From an uncultured bacterium (GTDB lineage Bacteria > Acidobacteriota > Aminicenantia > Aminicenantales > Saccharicenantaceae): a stretch of 64,000 bases of DNA. The stretch covers positions 251 to 64,250 of the forward strand of contig CALEUG010000015.1 of NCBI GenBank assembly GCA_937920515.1, written 5' to 3'. Below the pieces are notes generated by a model. That model was not told the origin of the DNA. It made no database searches and saw only the letters and a list, made by a program, of their open reading frames with translations. This document shows, in pieces, positions 48,944-57,961 of this stretch (within the stretch, counting starts at the first letter, position 1; each line of letters opens with the position of its first letter). The translations under genes and the position numbers were made by a program.

Positions 48944-49529
48944 CCAGGATGTCAGACTGTTGCCATTCTCTTACCCAGTCTTCCACCAGGAAGACCTGGA
49001 GGCCGCCGGACGAGGTGGAGCAGACCACCCGGTTCAGGCCGGCGTTTATTATCATTTTTTTGCAGATGAAGCAGGGAAAGGCATCGATTTCCTGGCCGGT
49101 CCTCGGGTCGCGACCGTAGATGAACATATCGCCACCCAGCAGGCTGACCCCGGCCCGGGCGGCGTTGATGATGGCGTTCTGCTCGGCGTGGACCGAACGG
49201 CAGAGCTCGTAGCGCTGGCCGTGCGGTATGTTCAACCTGTCGCGCAGACAGAAGCCGTGTTCCAGGCTGTCCCTGGTCTTCCTGGGGGCTCCCACGTATC
49301 CGGTGGAGATAATCTGGTCGTCGCGGACGATGAGAGCCCCGATCGAGCGGCGGAAGCAGGTGCTGCGGCCCGAGACTTCCCGGGCAATGCCCAGGTAGTA
49401 TTCGTCCTTGGAGACTCGAAGCTCCGCCCGGTTTCCGCCCTGAGGCTTTGTGCCCTCTGATTTTTTCTTCCGGCTGCTCATTTTTCTTTTTATCTTTCTT
49501 TTCATCCCAGCTCCTCCAGTTTTTTCCAC
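48885..49529 (-). CDS. dCMP/cytidine deaminase (ComEB-like) with a Lys/Arg-rich N-terminal extension
   Basis: The zinc motif is HAEQNAI…PCFICKKMIINAG. The N-terminal approximately 40 aa are highly basic (KRKIKRKMSSRKKKSEGTK). Confidence 0.75.
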   Translation of the reverse strand: MEKTGGAGMKRKIKRKMSSRKKKSEGTKPQGGNRAELRVSKDEYYLGIAREVSGRSTCFRRSIGALIVRDDQIISTGYVGAPRKTRDSLEHGFCLRDRLNIPHGQRYELCRSVHAEQNAIINAARAGVSLLGGDMFIYGRDPRTGQEIDAFPCFICKKMIINAGLNRVVCSTSSGGLQVFLVEDWVREWQQSDILDDTHQYGKPLENEKQNKNK

Positions 49530-50056
49530 AGGTCCTGGAGTGAGCCGTCGTTGATGATGACCAGGTCGGCCAGCCCCAGGCAGATTTCCAGTTGCTGACC
49601 GCTTTCCCGGGTGCTCTTTTCCTGTTCTTCCTTCCGGCGGAATTCTTCCAGGGTGGAAGCTGATTCGTTTCGTCCCCTCTTCCTGGTCCTTTCAAAACGG
49701 AGCTCAAGCGGGGCATCCACTGCCACCAGGATGAAATCACCCAGGCTGCGCAGGAAGGCCACCTCGGCCGCGTTGCGGATGCTGTCTATAACCGTCGGGC
49801 CCTGTATTCTGGTGGCCACCCGGCGGGCCAGGATATCAGGCCCGAATCTTTCCCGCAGCTCGTTGCCGCAGGAGATCAGGTTGTCGCGGCTGGCCTCCAG
49901 GCCCCTGGCCTGCAACTCCTCGCGGATAACATCCGACAGGGAAACGTAACCGTAGCCTTTTTTCCTCAGGAAACCGGCCACCTCTCCCTTGCCGGCGCCG
50001 TTGGTTCCGGTCAGGCCAATTAGCCTGTAATCCGTCAGTTTCTTTTTCTCCAGCAT
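49502..50056 (-). CDS. P-loop nucleoside/nucleotide kinase-like protein (CoaE/dNMP-kinase-like fold)
   Basis: The Walker A motif is GLTGTNGAGKG, in a protein of about 184 aa. The start was set at MLEKKKLT. The longer ORF-track version overlaps tatC and is rejected. Confidence 0.5.
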   Translation of the reverse strand: MLEKKKLTDYRLIGLTGTNGAGKGEVAGFLRKKGYGYVSLSDVIREELQARGLEASRDNLISCGNELRERFGPDILARRVATRIQGPTVIDSIRNAAEVAFLRSLGDFILVAVDAPLELRFERTRKRGRNESASTLEEFRRKEEQEKSTRESGQQLEICLGLADLVIINDGSLQDLWKKLEELG

Positions 50057-50121
50057 GGTTACCGGGCTAAACCCTGAAAAATAAAAATATATCCCAATTT
50101 TCGGAAAATTCAAAGGAGAGG

Positions 50122-50883
50122 TTATCCGGCCAGGTTGTCGGGCCCGGCCGCTTCCTGCTCTTCTTTCTTTCTCCGCCTTTCCTTGTTCCTCCCGACCACC
50201 ATGGCGATCAGAATGCTGATTCCGTAAAGGGCAATCATCGGCACGGCCACGATGCTCTGGGTGATCATGTCGGGAGTGGGGGTGATAACGGCGGCAATGA
50301 CAAAAGCGGCCAGGACCGCATACTGGAAATTCTTGATCATCCAGCGCGAGGTCAGGACCCCTATCTTTGAAAGGAAATAAACCAGGGTGGGCAGCTCGAA
50401 AACCAGGGCGATTCCCAGCAGAACTTTCAGGGCAAAGCTGAAGTACTGGTCGACCGTGATGACCGGCTGGAAATCGCGTCCCAGGGTCAGGAAGAAACGG
50501 CAGGCCCAGGGAAAAACTATGAAATAACCAAAAATCGCTCCCAGGGAGAAGAAAAAGGTGGTGAAAAAGACGAAGGGAATGACATATCTTTTTTCTTTCT
50601 GGTACAGCCCGGGAGAGACGAACATCCACAGCTGGTAAAAAACAAAAGGCGAGGTGATAAACAGAGCCGCCAGAAAAGACACCTTGAGGTAGAGCATGAA
50701 GGGCGCGGTCAGGGTGGTGAAGGCCAGTTTGGTCCCCTCCGGAAGGTACTGGGTGACCGGCCTGGCCAGGATGGCATACAGCTGGCGGCTGAAAATCCAG
50801 GAGGGAATGACGGCCACAATGATGGCCAGAAAAGAATAGAAGAGCCTCTGGCGCAGGTCCTCGAGATGTTCAAGGAAGGTCAT
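50122..50883 (-). CDS. tatC: Twin-arginine translocase subunit TatC
   Basis: Six TM segments and the N-terminal motif MTFLEHLEDLRQRL are present. The start was chosen to avoid overlap with tatA. Confidence 0.85.
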   Translation of the reverse strand: MTFLEHLEDLRQRLFYSFLAIIVAVIPSWIFSRQLYAILARPVTQYLPEGTKLAFTTLTAPFMLYLKVSFLAALFITSPFVFYQLWMFVSPGLYQKEKRYVIPFVFFTTFFFSLGAIFGYFIVFPWACRFFLTLGRDFQPVITVDQYFSFALKVLLGIALVFELPTLVYFLSKIGVLTSRWMIKNFQYAVLAAFVIAAVITPTPDMITQSIVAVPMIALYGISILIAMVVGRNKERRRKKEEQEAAGPDNLAG

Positions 50884-50887
50884 CTCG

Positions 50888-51193
50888 TCAGGTGACTTTC
50901 TGGCCTTCCTCGGGCTCATCGGTTTTCAGGTCCTTTTTGATGTTGTCCTCAAACTGGTTCAGGTCGTCCTTGAACTCAGTCAGGCTGGTTTTGACTTCGT
51001 TGATTTCGGACTTGATTTCGCTGGCGTTGATTTCTTCCTCCACCTTGCTGCGAAGCTCGTCGGAGGCCTTCTTGAACTCTCTTATGGCCCGGCCGACCGA
51101 CTTGCCTACTTCGGGCAGTTTTTTCGGCCCGAATACCAGCAGGGCGATGATGAAAATAACGATTAATTCTGGAACGCCGATTGATCCGAACAT
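50888..51193 (-). CDS. tatA: Twin-arginine translocase TatA/E-family protein
   Basis: The N-terminus [28 protein letters not shown] matches TatA/E. Confidence 0.8.
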   Translation of the reverse strand: MFGSIGVPELIVIFIIALLVFGPKKLPEVGKSVGRAIREFKKASDELRSKVEEEINASEIKSEINEVKTSLTEFKDDLNQFEDNIKKDLKTDEPEEGQKVT

Positions 51194-51311
51194 TTTTCCG
51201 CCAGTTAAACTATAGCCTTTAACCGGGGGGCAGTCAAGCCAGATGCGTCTTTACTTTAAGATAGCCCTCTGGTAAGATTTATTGTCTGTAAACAGGCTTA
51301 ACGGATAAATT

Positions 51312-52901
51312 ATGAACCGGACTTCAAAAAGGCTTTCACTCCTTGTGGTTTTATTTCCCCTGCTTTTCCTGGTCTGCCGTTCTTCGGTGGCCATCGACCC
51401 CTGGCAGCAGGGCGTGAATAAAGTAATAAAACTCACCAGCCTGGTCCAGAAAGAGTATCACCAGGAAAAAGACGCCCGCAAGCTCACCTTCTCGGCCATC
51501 AGGGGCATGCTGGATACCCTTGACCCGCATTCCTACTTTCTGGACCCGGAAGGAGCCCGGACTTTTACCGAGGATTACACCGGCAAGTATTATGGACTGG
51601 GCATCCAGATCCAGAAGCAGGAAGACCGGCTGGTGGTGATAGCTCCGATCGAAGGCACCCCGGCCTGGCGGCTGGGAATTCAGCCCGGCGATGTCATCAC
51701 CCATATTGAGGGGGAAAGCACCAGGCCCCTGAGCAGCACCGAGGCCATGCTGAAACTTCGGGGAGAAAAAGGCACCAGGGTCACCATAACCATCCAGAGA
51801 GAAGGCCTGGATAAGCCCTTTAACCTGACCATCACCCGCGAGGAAATTCCGCTGAAGAGCGTTCCCTATGCTTTCCTGCTGGATGAAAAGAAGAAAACAG
51901 GTTACATCTTTGTCCGCAATTTCGGTCGCAACACCGTGGACGAGCTGGAAGAAAAGCTGGAGGAGCTGTCGGCCAAAGGGATGGAAAGCCTGATCCTGGA
52001 TCTGCGGGGAAACACCGGAGGCCCGGTTTTCCAGGCGGTCGACATGGCCGACCTCTTCCTGCCGCGCGGCACGAAGATAGTGGCCATGAGGGGTCGCAAT
52101 CCCGCCTACAACCGGGATTTCTTTGCCAGCCAGGATAACCAGTATGAAGACCTGCCCCTGGTTATTCTTATCAACCAGGGAACAGCCAGCGCCTCGGAGA
52201 TAGTGGCCGGGGCCATCATGGACAACGACCGGGGTCTGATCGTGGGCGAAGATTCCTGGGGCAAGGGGCTGGTGCAGACAGTATTTCCGCTGGCGGCCGA
52301 CATGGCCGTGGCCATTACCACGGCCAAGTATCTTACCCCCAGCGGCCGGGAAATTCAGAGGGATTATTCTCACCTCGAAGATTATCTCCTGGCCAGGAGA
52401 GCTCCGGAAGATAAAAGAGAAATCAAATACACGGCCAAAGGCCGGAAGGTCCTCGGCCAGGGCGGAATAAGTCCGGACTATGAAGTCAAGACCAGCTACA
52501 AGCCCCTGACGGTGGAATTCCTGATCAGGGGAGCCTTTTTCAGTTACGGCCGGAAGTTCAGCCTCCACCAGACCCGGCTCTCTGCCGGTTTCGTCTTTCC
52601 CCAGGAATTGAAAAACGGGGTGGCCCCTGCCGGGCGGCGGATTTTCGATGAGAGCTTTGAAGTCGGGCCGGAAGTGATAAAGGATTTCCTGGAATTTATC
52701 GGGACGACTGGCATCAAATACGACCTGAGCAAGCTCGGCGAGGCCGAGGCTGAAATCAAGAACGAACTGAAGCGCGAGATTTTTTCTGCCGTATTCAGCC
52801 TGGAAGAGGGAATAAGGGTCTTCAGGCAGACCGACCCGGTGGTGCTTAAAGCCATGGAGGTCATGCCCGAGGCCATCAGGTTCGTCCGGAACAACCGCTG
52901 A
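51312..52901 (+). CDS. ctpA: Carboxyl-terminal processing protease (S41 family, CtpA/Prc-like)
   Basis: A signal peptide, a PDZ region and the S41 catalytic motifs (LILDLRGNTGG, …GTASASEI…) are present. Confidence 0.8.
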   Translation: MNRTSKRLSLLVVLFPLLFLVCRSSVAIDPWQQGVNKVIKLTSLVQKEYHQEKDARKLTFSAIRGMLDTLDPHSYFLDPEGARTFTEDYTGKYYGLGIQIQKQEDRLVVIAPIEGTPAWRLGIQPGDVITHIEGESTRPLSSTEAMLKLRGEKGTRVTITIQREGLDKPFNLTITREEIPLKSVPYAFLLDEKKKTGYIFVRNFGRNTVDELEEKLEELSAKGMESLILDLRGNTGGPVFQAVDMADLFLPRGTKIVAMRGRNPAYNRDFFASQDNQYEDLPLVILINQGTASASEIVAGAIMDNDRGLIVGEDSWGKGLVQTVFPLAADMAVAITTAKYLTPSGREIQRDYSHLEDYLLARRAPEDKREIKYTAKGRKVLGQGGISPDYEVKTSYKPLTVEFLIRGAFFSYGRKFSLHQTRLSAGFVFPQELKNGVAPAGRRIFDESFEVGPEVIKDFLEFIGTTGIKYDLSKLGEAEAEIKNELKREIFSAVFSLEEGIRVFRQTDPVVLKAMEVMPEAIRFVRNNR

Positions 52902-52949
52902 CCGGGCTTCGGCTCGGCCATCCGGACAGAATACGCTAAGGAGTCAGCG

Positions 52950-53405
52950 ATGAAACTGGCCATAGCCTCCGACCATGCCGGGTACGAATTAAAAAAGGAA
53001 GTTATCAATTATCTCCAGTCGCAGGGTGTAGCTTTTACCGATTTTGGCTGTGGCGCCGGGGAAAGCGTGGATTACGTCGATTACGGGGCGGAAGCCGTCC
53101 GCCGGGTGGCCAGCGGAGAGTTCGACCGGGCCATCCTGTTCTGCGGCACCGGACTGGGCATGGCCGTGGTGGCCAACAAATTCCCGGGCATCATCGCCAC
53201 GCCCTGCTGGGATGAGTTCACGGCCACCGTCAGCCGGACCCACAACAATTCCAACTGCCTGGCTCTGGGGGGCCGGGTGCTGACTCCGGAACTGGCCATC
53301 AAGATTGTCAGGATATGGCTGGAGAAAGATTTTGAGGGCGGCCGCCACGAGCGCCGGGTAAAGAAGATATTTGCCCTGGAAGAAGAACTGCGCAAGCTGA
53401 AATAG
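52950..53405 (+). CDS. rpiB: Ribose-5-phosphate isomerase B
   Basis: 151 aa with the N-terminus MKLAIASDHAGYELK. Confidence 0.85.
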   Translation: MKLAIASDHAGYELKKEVINYLQSQGVAFTDFGCGAGESVDYVDYGAEAVRRVASGEFDRAILFCGTGLGMAVVANKFPGIIATPCWDEFTATVSRTHNNSNCLALGGRVLTPELAIKIVRIWLEKDFEGGRHERRVKKIFALEEELRKLK

Positions 53406-53489
53406 GGAAGAGACCGTTGGCCCCGGCCGACTCCGTTTCAGAAATAAAAAAGAAGTTGTCAAGAAGCTTATAATAAAAGGAGCAGGTAG

Positions 53490-54941
53490 ATGACAGACTT
53501 TGCCGATAAGATTTCCACCTGGTGCGACCGGATCGAGAGAAACAACGTCTGGCGCCAGAAAAAATGTTTTAACCTTATTCCCTCGGAAAACACCCCGTCG
53601 CTTCTGGTCAAGCTGGCCGAAATTGCCGACCCCTCGGGCCGCTATGCCGAACACCGGACGATGAAGGGCCAGGAGATTTATTTTTACCAGGGGACAGATT
53701 TCATCCGGGACGTGGAAATAGAAGCCAGGAAAGAGCTGTGCCGTTATTTCGGCTGCAGCGACGTCGAGCTCCGGCCAATAAGCGGCCAGATGGCCAACGA
53801 GGTGGTTTTCAAGGGGCTGGTTAAGTTTGTCAACCGGAAGAGAGTGGCCGGTCAGCCTTTCCGCCGGCTGAGGCTGGTCATGAATAATGACCTTAACAAG
53901 GGTGGGCACCTCAGTTCTCAGCCGATGGGGGCGCTTTTCAACCTGGTGGAAGAAGACCCGGCTACCGGCAAAGAAAACGTGGTCAACATTCCGGTCCGTT
54001 CGGATAACCCTTACAAGGCCGACTTAGACCGGCTGGCCGTACTGCTGAAAGTCCACCGGCCGGAACTGGTGGTCTTCGGCAAAAGCATGTTCATCTACCG
54101 GGAGCCGGTCAGGTTCGTTTATGATTTGGTGAGAGACTGGCCGGACCGTCCGGTCCTGATGTATGATATGGCCCATGTTCTCGGCCTGTACGGCACTTTC
54201 CAGGCTCCGTTTGAGGAAGGAGCCGACCTGGTGACCGGAAGCACCCACAAGACCTTCTTCGGCACCCAGCGCGGCCTGGTGGCCGGAAATTTCCCGGAGG
54301 GCAGTCCCTTCAAGCAGCTCTGGGCCGATATCCAGGGCAGGGCTTTTCCCGGTTCAACTTCCAACCACCACCTGGGAACGCTGCTGGGCCTGCTGCTTTC
54401 AGCTATTGAGATGAATGAATTCAGGGAAGAATACCAGGCCCAGGTTCGGAAAAATGCCAGGGCTTTTGCCCGCTACCTCAAGGACTTCGGCCTCCCGGTG
54501 GAAGGCGAAGAAGCGGACGGATTTACCGAAACCCACCAGGTGCTGATCAGGGTTAAGAAGTTTGGAAACGGGCAGGAAATCGCCCGTCGCCTGGAAAACA
54601 ACAACATCCTGACCAATTACCAGGCCCTGCCCGATGACGCCACCTTCCTGGAATCCTCGGGAATAAGAATGGGAGTGCAGGAGATGACCAGGTTCGGGAT
54701 GAAGGAAAAGGATTTTGAAATCCTGGCCGGACTGGTGGCCGACGTGGTTATCAGAAACAGGCCAGCGGGAGAGGAAGTCAGCCGCTACCGCCAGAATTTC
54801 CTGGAGATGCAGTTCTGCCTGCAGGAGAAACAGGCGCTGGAGCTGGCCGGCCGGCTGCTGTTGAGCATCTTGCCTTCTCCGGCGCTGGCGGTTAGTCTGG
54901 CCGAGAGCCTGGCCAGGAAAGCCAGAGAATTGACGGATTAA
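53490..54941 (+). CDS. Divergent serine hydroxymethyltransferase-family PLP enzyme (GlyA-like fold)
   Basis: NLIPSENTPS…RYAEH…GGHLSSQ parallel the GlyA motifs LIASENFTS…KYAEG…GGHLTHG. At 483 aa it has substantial divergence. Confidence 0.55.
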   Translation: MTDFADKISTWCDRIERNNVWRQKKCFNLIPSENTPSLLVKLAEIADPSGRYAEHRTMKGQEIYFYQGTDFIRDVEIEARKELCRYFGCSDVELRPISGQMANEVVFKGLVKFVNRKRVAGQPFRRLRLVMNNDLNKGGHLSSQPMGALFNLVEEDPATGKENVVNIPVRSDNPYKADLDRLAVLLKVHRPELVVFGKSMFIYREPVRFVYDLVRDWPDRPVLMYDMAHVLGLYGTFQAPFEEGADLVTGSTHKTFFGTQRGLVAGNFPEGSPFKQLWADIQGRAFPGSTSNHHLGTLLGLLLSAIEMNEFREEYQAQVRKNARAFARYLKDFGLPVEGEEADGFTETHQVLIRVKKFGNGQEIARRLENNNILTNYQALPDDATFLESSGIRMGVQEMTRFGMKEKDFEILAGLVADVVIRNRPAGEEVSRYRQNFLEMQFCLQEKQALELAGRLLLSILPSPALAVSLAESLARKARELTD

Positions 54942-54951
54942 AGGAGGCCCG

Positions 54952-56229
54952 ATGAAAATCCTGTTGGTGGGGGCGGGCGGCCGGGAACATGCCCTGGCCT
55001 GGAAAATAGTTCAGAGCCCGCATTGTCAGAAACTGTACTGCGCCCCGGGAAATGGCGGGATGGCCAGGATTGCCGAAGTGGTGCCGATCGAGGACACCAA
55101 CATTTCCCTGCTGGCCCGGTTTGCCGAGGAAAAGAAGATTGACCTGACGGTGGTTGGACCGGAGGTCCCCCTGGCTCTGGGAATAGTGGACGAATTCGAA
55201 CGGCGCGGGTTGAAGATTTACGGGCCCAATAAAAAGGCGGCCGAGATTGAAAAAAGCAAGGTCTTTGCCAAGGAATTCATGGAGCGCCACCGCATTCCGA
55301 CCGGAAGGTTCCGGGTGGCCAGCAGGGCCGAGGAAGCGCTCAGGATATTAAATTCCGGAGAGTTTGAATTTCCCTTAGTGGTCAAGGCCGACGGGCTGGC
55401 CGCGGGCAAGGGGGTTGTGGTCTGTGCCAATGTCAAGCGGGCCGAGGATGCCATCAACGAGATTATGGTCAAGAAGAAATTCGGTCCGTCGGGCGAACGG
55501 GTGGTGATAGAAGAATTCTTAAAAGGGCGCGAGCTGTCCTTCATCGTCCTGACCGACGGGACCAGGGTTCAACCCCTGGTTACCACCATGGACCACAAGG
55601 CCGCATACGACGGCGACAAGGGGCCGAATACAGGGGGCATGGGGGCCATTTCTCCTTCGCCTTTTATTTCGGAAAAGCTGTATGCCCAGATAATGGACAC
55701 CATCATCTTCCCGACGGTTACCAGGCTGCTGGAGGAGGGACGGCGATTCAAGGGCACGCTGTATGCCGGGTTGATGCTGACTTCTGAAGGCCCCAAAGTC
55801 CTGGAGTACAACTGCCGCTTTGGCGACCCGGAAACCCAGGTCCAGATGCTGAGGATGGAAAGCGACCTGGTGGAAGTCCTGATGTCAGCTGTAACCGAGG
55901 ACCTGCTGAAAGATGAGATCAAGTGGAGTTCAAAAGTTTCCGGCTGTGTCGTCCTGGCCTCGGGAGGATACCCGGGAAGCTACGAGAAAGGCAAGCTGAT
56001 CAGGGGTCTGGAAGAAGCGGAGAAAGTGCCCGGCCTGGTGATTTTTCACGCCGGCACCAGCCTGGCCAACGGCCAGTATTACACCAACGGCGGACGGGTG
56101 CTCAACGTCTGCGCCAGCGAGGAAACACTTCAGCAGACCATGAAAAAAATATATGACAGCATTCCGCTGATTAATTTCGACGGGATGTTTTACCGTAAAG
56201 ATATCGGAGCCATAAAGGAGGTAAGATGA
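54952..56229 (+). CDS. purD: Phosphoribosylamine-glycine ligase
   Basis: The N-terminus MKILLVGAGGREHALAWK and an ATP-grasp body are present. The protein is 425 aa. Confidence 0.9.
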   Translation: MKILLVGAGGREHALAWKIVQSPHCQKLYCAPGNGGMARIAEVVPIEDTNISLLARFAEEKKIDLTVVGPEVPLALGIVDEFERRGLKIYGPNKKAAEIEKSKVFAKEFMERHRIPTGRFRVASRAEEALRILNSGEFEFPLVVKADGLAAGKGVVVCANVKRAEDAINEIMVKKKFGPSGERVVIEEFLKGRELSFIVLTDGTRVQPLVTTMDHKAAYDGDKGPNTGGMGAISPSPFISEKLYAQIMDTIIFPTVTRLLEEGRRFKGTLYAGLMLTSEGPKVLEYNCRFGDPETQVQMLRMESDLVEVLMSAVTEDLLKDEIKWSSKVSGCVVLASGGYPGSYEKGKLIRGLEEAEKVPGLVIFHAGTSLANGQYYTNGGRVLNVCASEETLQQTMKKIYDSIPLINFDGMFYRKDIGAIKEVR

Positions 56230-56717
56230 AAGTCACGATTTTTCTGGGCAGCGATTCCGATTTTGAAATGGTGAAGGAAGCGCTGGATATACTGAAAGAA
56301 TTCAAAGTGCCATTCAATTTAGAAGTAACCTCGGCCCACCGCTCGCCGGAAAGAACGGTCAGGTTGATAAGAGAAGCCGAAGAGCAGGGAACCGGGGTTT
56401 TCATCGCCGTAGCCGGTAAAGCCGCCCATCTTCCCGGGGTGGTGGCCGCCCATACCATATACCCGGTAATCGGCGTTCCGGTGGAAAGCCAGGCCCTGGC
56501 CGGGCTCGATGCTCTCCTGTCAATAGTCCAGATGCCCAGGGGCATTCCGGTGGCCACGGTGGCCCTGGGGAAAACGGGTGGGGCTAATGCCGCCCTTCTG
56601 GCTGTCTCCATCCTGGCGGTTTCAGACCAGGAGCTCCAGGCCAGGCTCCGTTCCTACCGCCAGAAAATGGCCGAAAAGGTGGAGGAGAGCTCCAGAAAGC
56701 TCAAAGAGAAATTATGA
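56226..56717 (+). CDS. purE: N5-carboxyaminoimidazole ribonucleotide mutase
   Basis: 163 aa with the motif FLGSDSD…AHRSP…AGKAAHLPGVVAA. Confidence 0.85.
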   Translation: MKVTIFLGSDSDFEMVKEALDILKEFKVPFNLEVTSAHRSPERTVRLIREAEEQGTGVFIAVAGKAAHLPGVVAAHTIYPVIGVPVESQALAGLDALLSIVQMPRGIPVATVALGKTGGANAALLAVSILAVSDQELQARLRSYRQKMAEKVEESSRKLKEKL

Positions 56718-57961
56718 CCTCGGTCTTCATCCACAACTTCGGCTGCCGGGTTAACCAGGCCGAAGCCTTTGACTGGTCCTGTCAACTGGGGGAAGCTGGA
56801 ATATCCGTTGCCCGCGACTGGCGCCAGGCTGAATGGGTGGTGGTCAATTCCTGTGCGCTGACGGCCAGGGCCGAAGCCGACGTCAGGCAGTTCCTGAAAA
56901 GAATTGAGAGAGAATCGCCCGGGACCAGGATCGTGGTCACCGGCTGCCTGACCGAAAAAACCCGGGAAGAGCTGGCCCGTCACAGCTCTGTCTTCCGTGT
57001 CATTCCAAATTTCAGGAAGGACAGCCTGGTTTCCGAACTGCTGGAGCTGGCCGGCACCGGGCAGGCGCAACCGGAAAAAAGATTATTCCGGTCAAGAGCC
57101 CTGGTCAAAGTTCAGGACGGTTGTGATGCCCGTTGCACTTTTTGCCTAATTCCCTCGCTCCGGGGTAAGAGCCGGAGCCGGCCACTGGATAAGGTGGTGG
57201 AGTGCGCCACGGCCGCCGTGGAACGGGGCTATAACGAGATTGTCCTGGCCGGCATTCACCTCTGCGCCTACGGGCGAGACCTGGAGCCGCAGAAATCGCT
57301 GCTCGACCTGCTGCAGGCCCTGGCCGCCATAACAGGTCTCAGGACGATCAGGCTGAGTTCTCTTGACCCCCGTCTTCTGCCGCGGCCGCTGCTCGAATTC
57401 CTGGTGGCGGAAGAAAAAATATGTCCCCATTTCCACCTTTCACTGCAGCATGCCTCCGAGCAGGTGCTCAGAAGGATGGGCCGGAAGAGCACCCCGGCTG
57501 AGTACCTGGAGATTCTGAATTTCCTGAGGGCGGGCCGGCCGGAAGTTAGCCTGGGCGCGGATATCATAGTGGGCTTCCCCGGGGAAGAGGAGGCAGACTT
57601 TGTCTTTCTGAGAGATTTTTTAAGGGAATCAGCGCTGAATTATTTCCATGTTTTTTCTTTTTCCCCGAGGTCGGGGACACCGGCTGCCGGGTGGAGGCAG
57701 GTTCCGGAAAACATCAAGAAAAAGAGGTCGGAAGAATTAAGGAAACTCTCCCGGGAGAAAAACCTGGCTTTTAAGAAGATGTTTATCGGTCGGGTACTCA
57801 ACGGAATCGTGATAAAGAAAAAGGAGTCCGGGTTTGAAGTGCTGACCGGAAATTATCTAAAGGTAATGGTGGAAGGGCGACAGGATTTAAGGCCTGGCCA
57901 ACCGGTCCGGGTCAGGATAACAGAGGCCGGGCCGGCGATGTCGCAGGGGGAAGTCGCCTGA
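56714..57961 (+). CDS. MiaB/RimO-family radical SAM methylthiotransferase (MtaB-like)
   Basis: The UPF0004 N-domain (FGCRVNQAE), the radical SAM cluster (CDARCTFC) and a TRAM-like C-terminus are present. Confidence 0.75.
   Translation: MTSVFIHNFGCRVNQAEAFDWSCQLGEAGISVARDWRQAEWVVVNSCALTARAEADVRQFLKRIERESPGTRIVVTGCLTEKTREELARHSSVFRVIPNFRKDSLVSELLELAGTGQAQPEKRLFRSRALVKVQDGCDARCTFCLIPSLRGKSRSRPLDKVVECATAAVERGYNEIVLAGIHLCAYGRDLEPQKSLLDLLQALAAITGLRTIRLSSLDPRLLPRPLLEFLVAEEKICPHFHLSLQHASEQVLRRMGRKSTPAEYLEILNFLRAGRPEVSLGADIIVGFPGEEEADFVFLRDFLRESALNYFHVFSFSPRSGTPAAGWRQVPENIKKKRSEELRKLSREKNLAFKKMFIGRVLNGIVIKKKESGFEVLTGNYLKVMVEGRQDLRPGQPVRVRITEAGPAMSQGEVA

Noticed and set aside
50057-50629. N-terminal 190 aa of the ORF-track 375-aa product (49502-50629)
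   Set aside because: This stretch overlaps tatC on the same strand in another frame. The kinase-like domain begins at the internal Met (MLEKKKLT, 50056) and the upstream part is His/Pro/Arg-rich frame noise.
51351-52568. 405-aa minus-strand ORF over the S41 protease gene
   Set aside because: It is antisense to a gene with clear S41 catalytic motifs.
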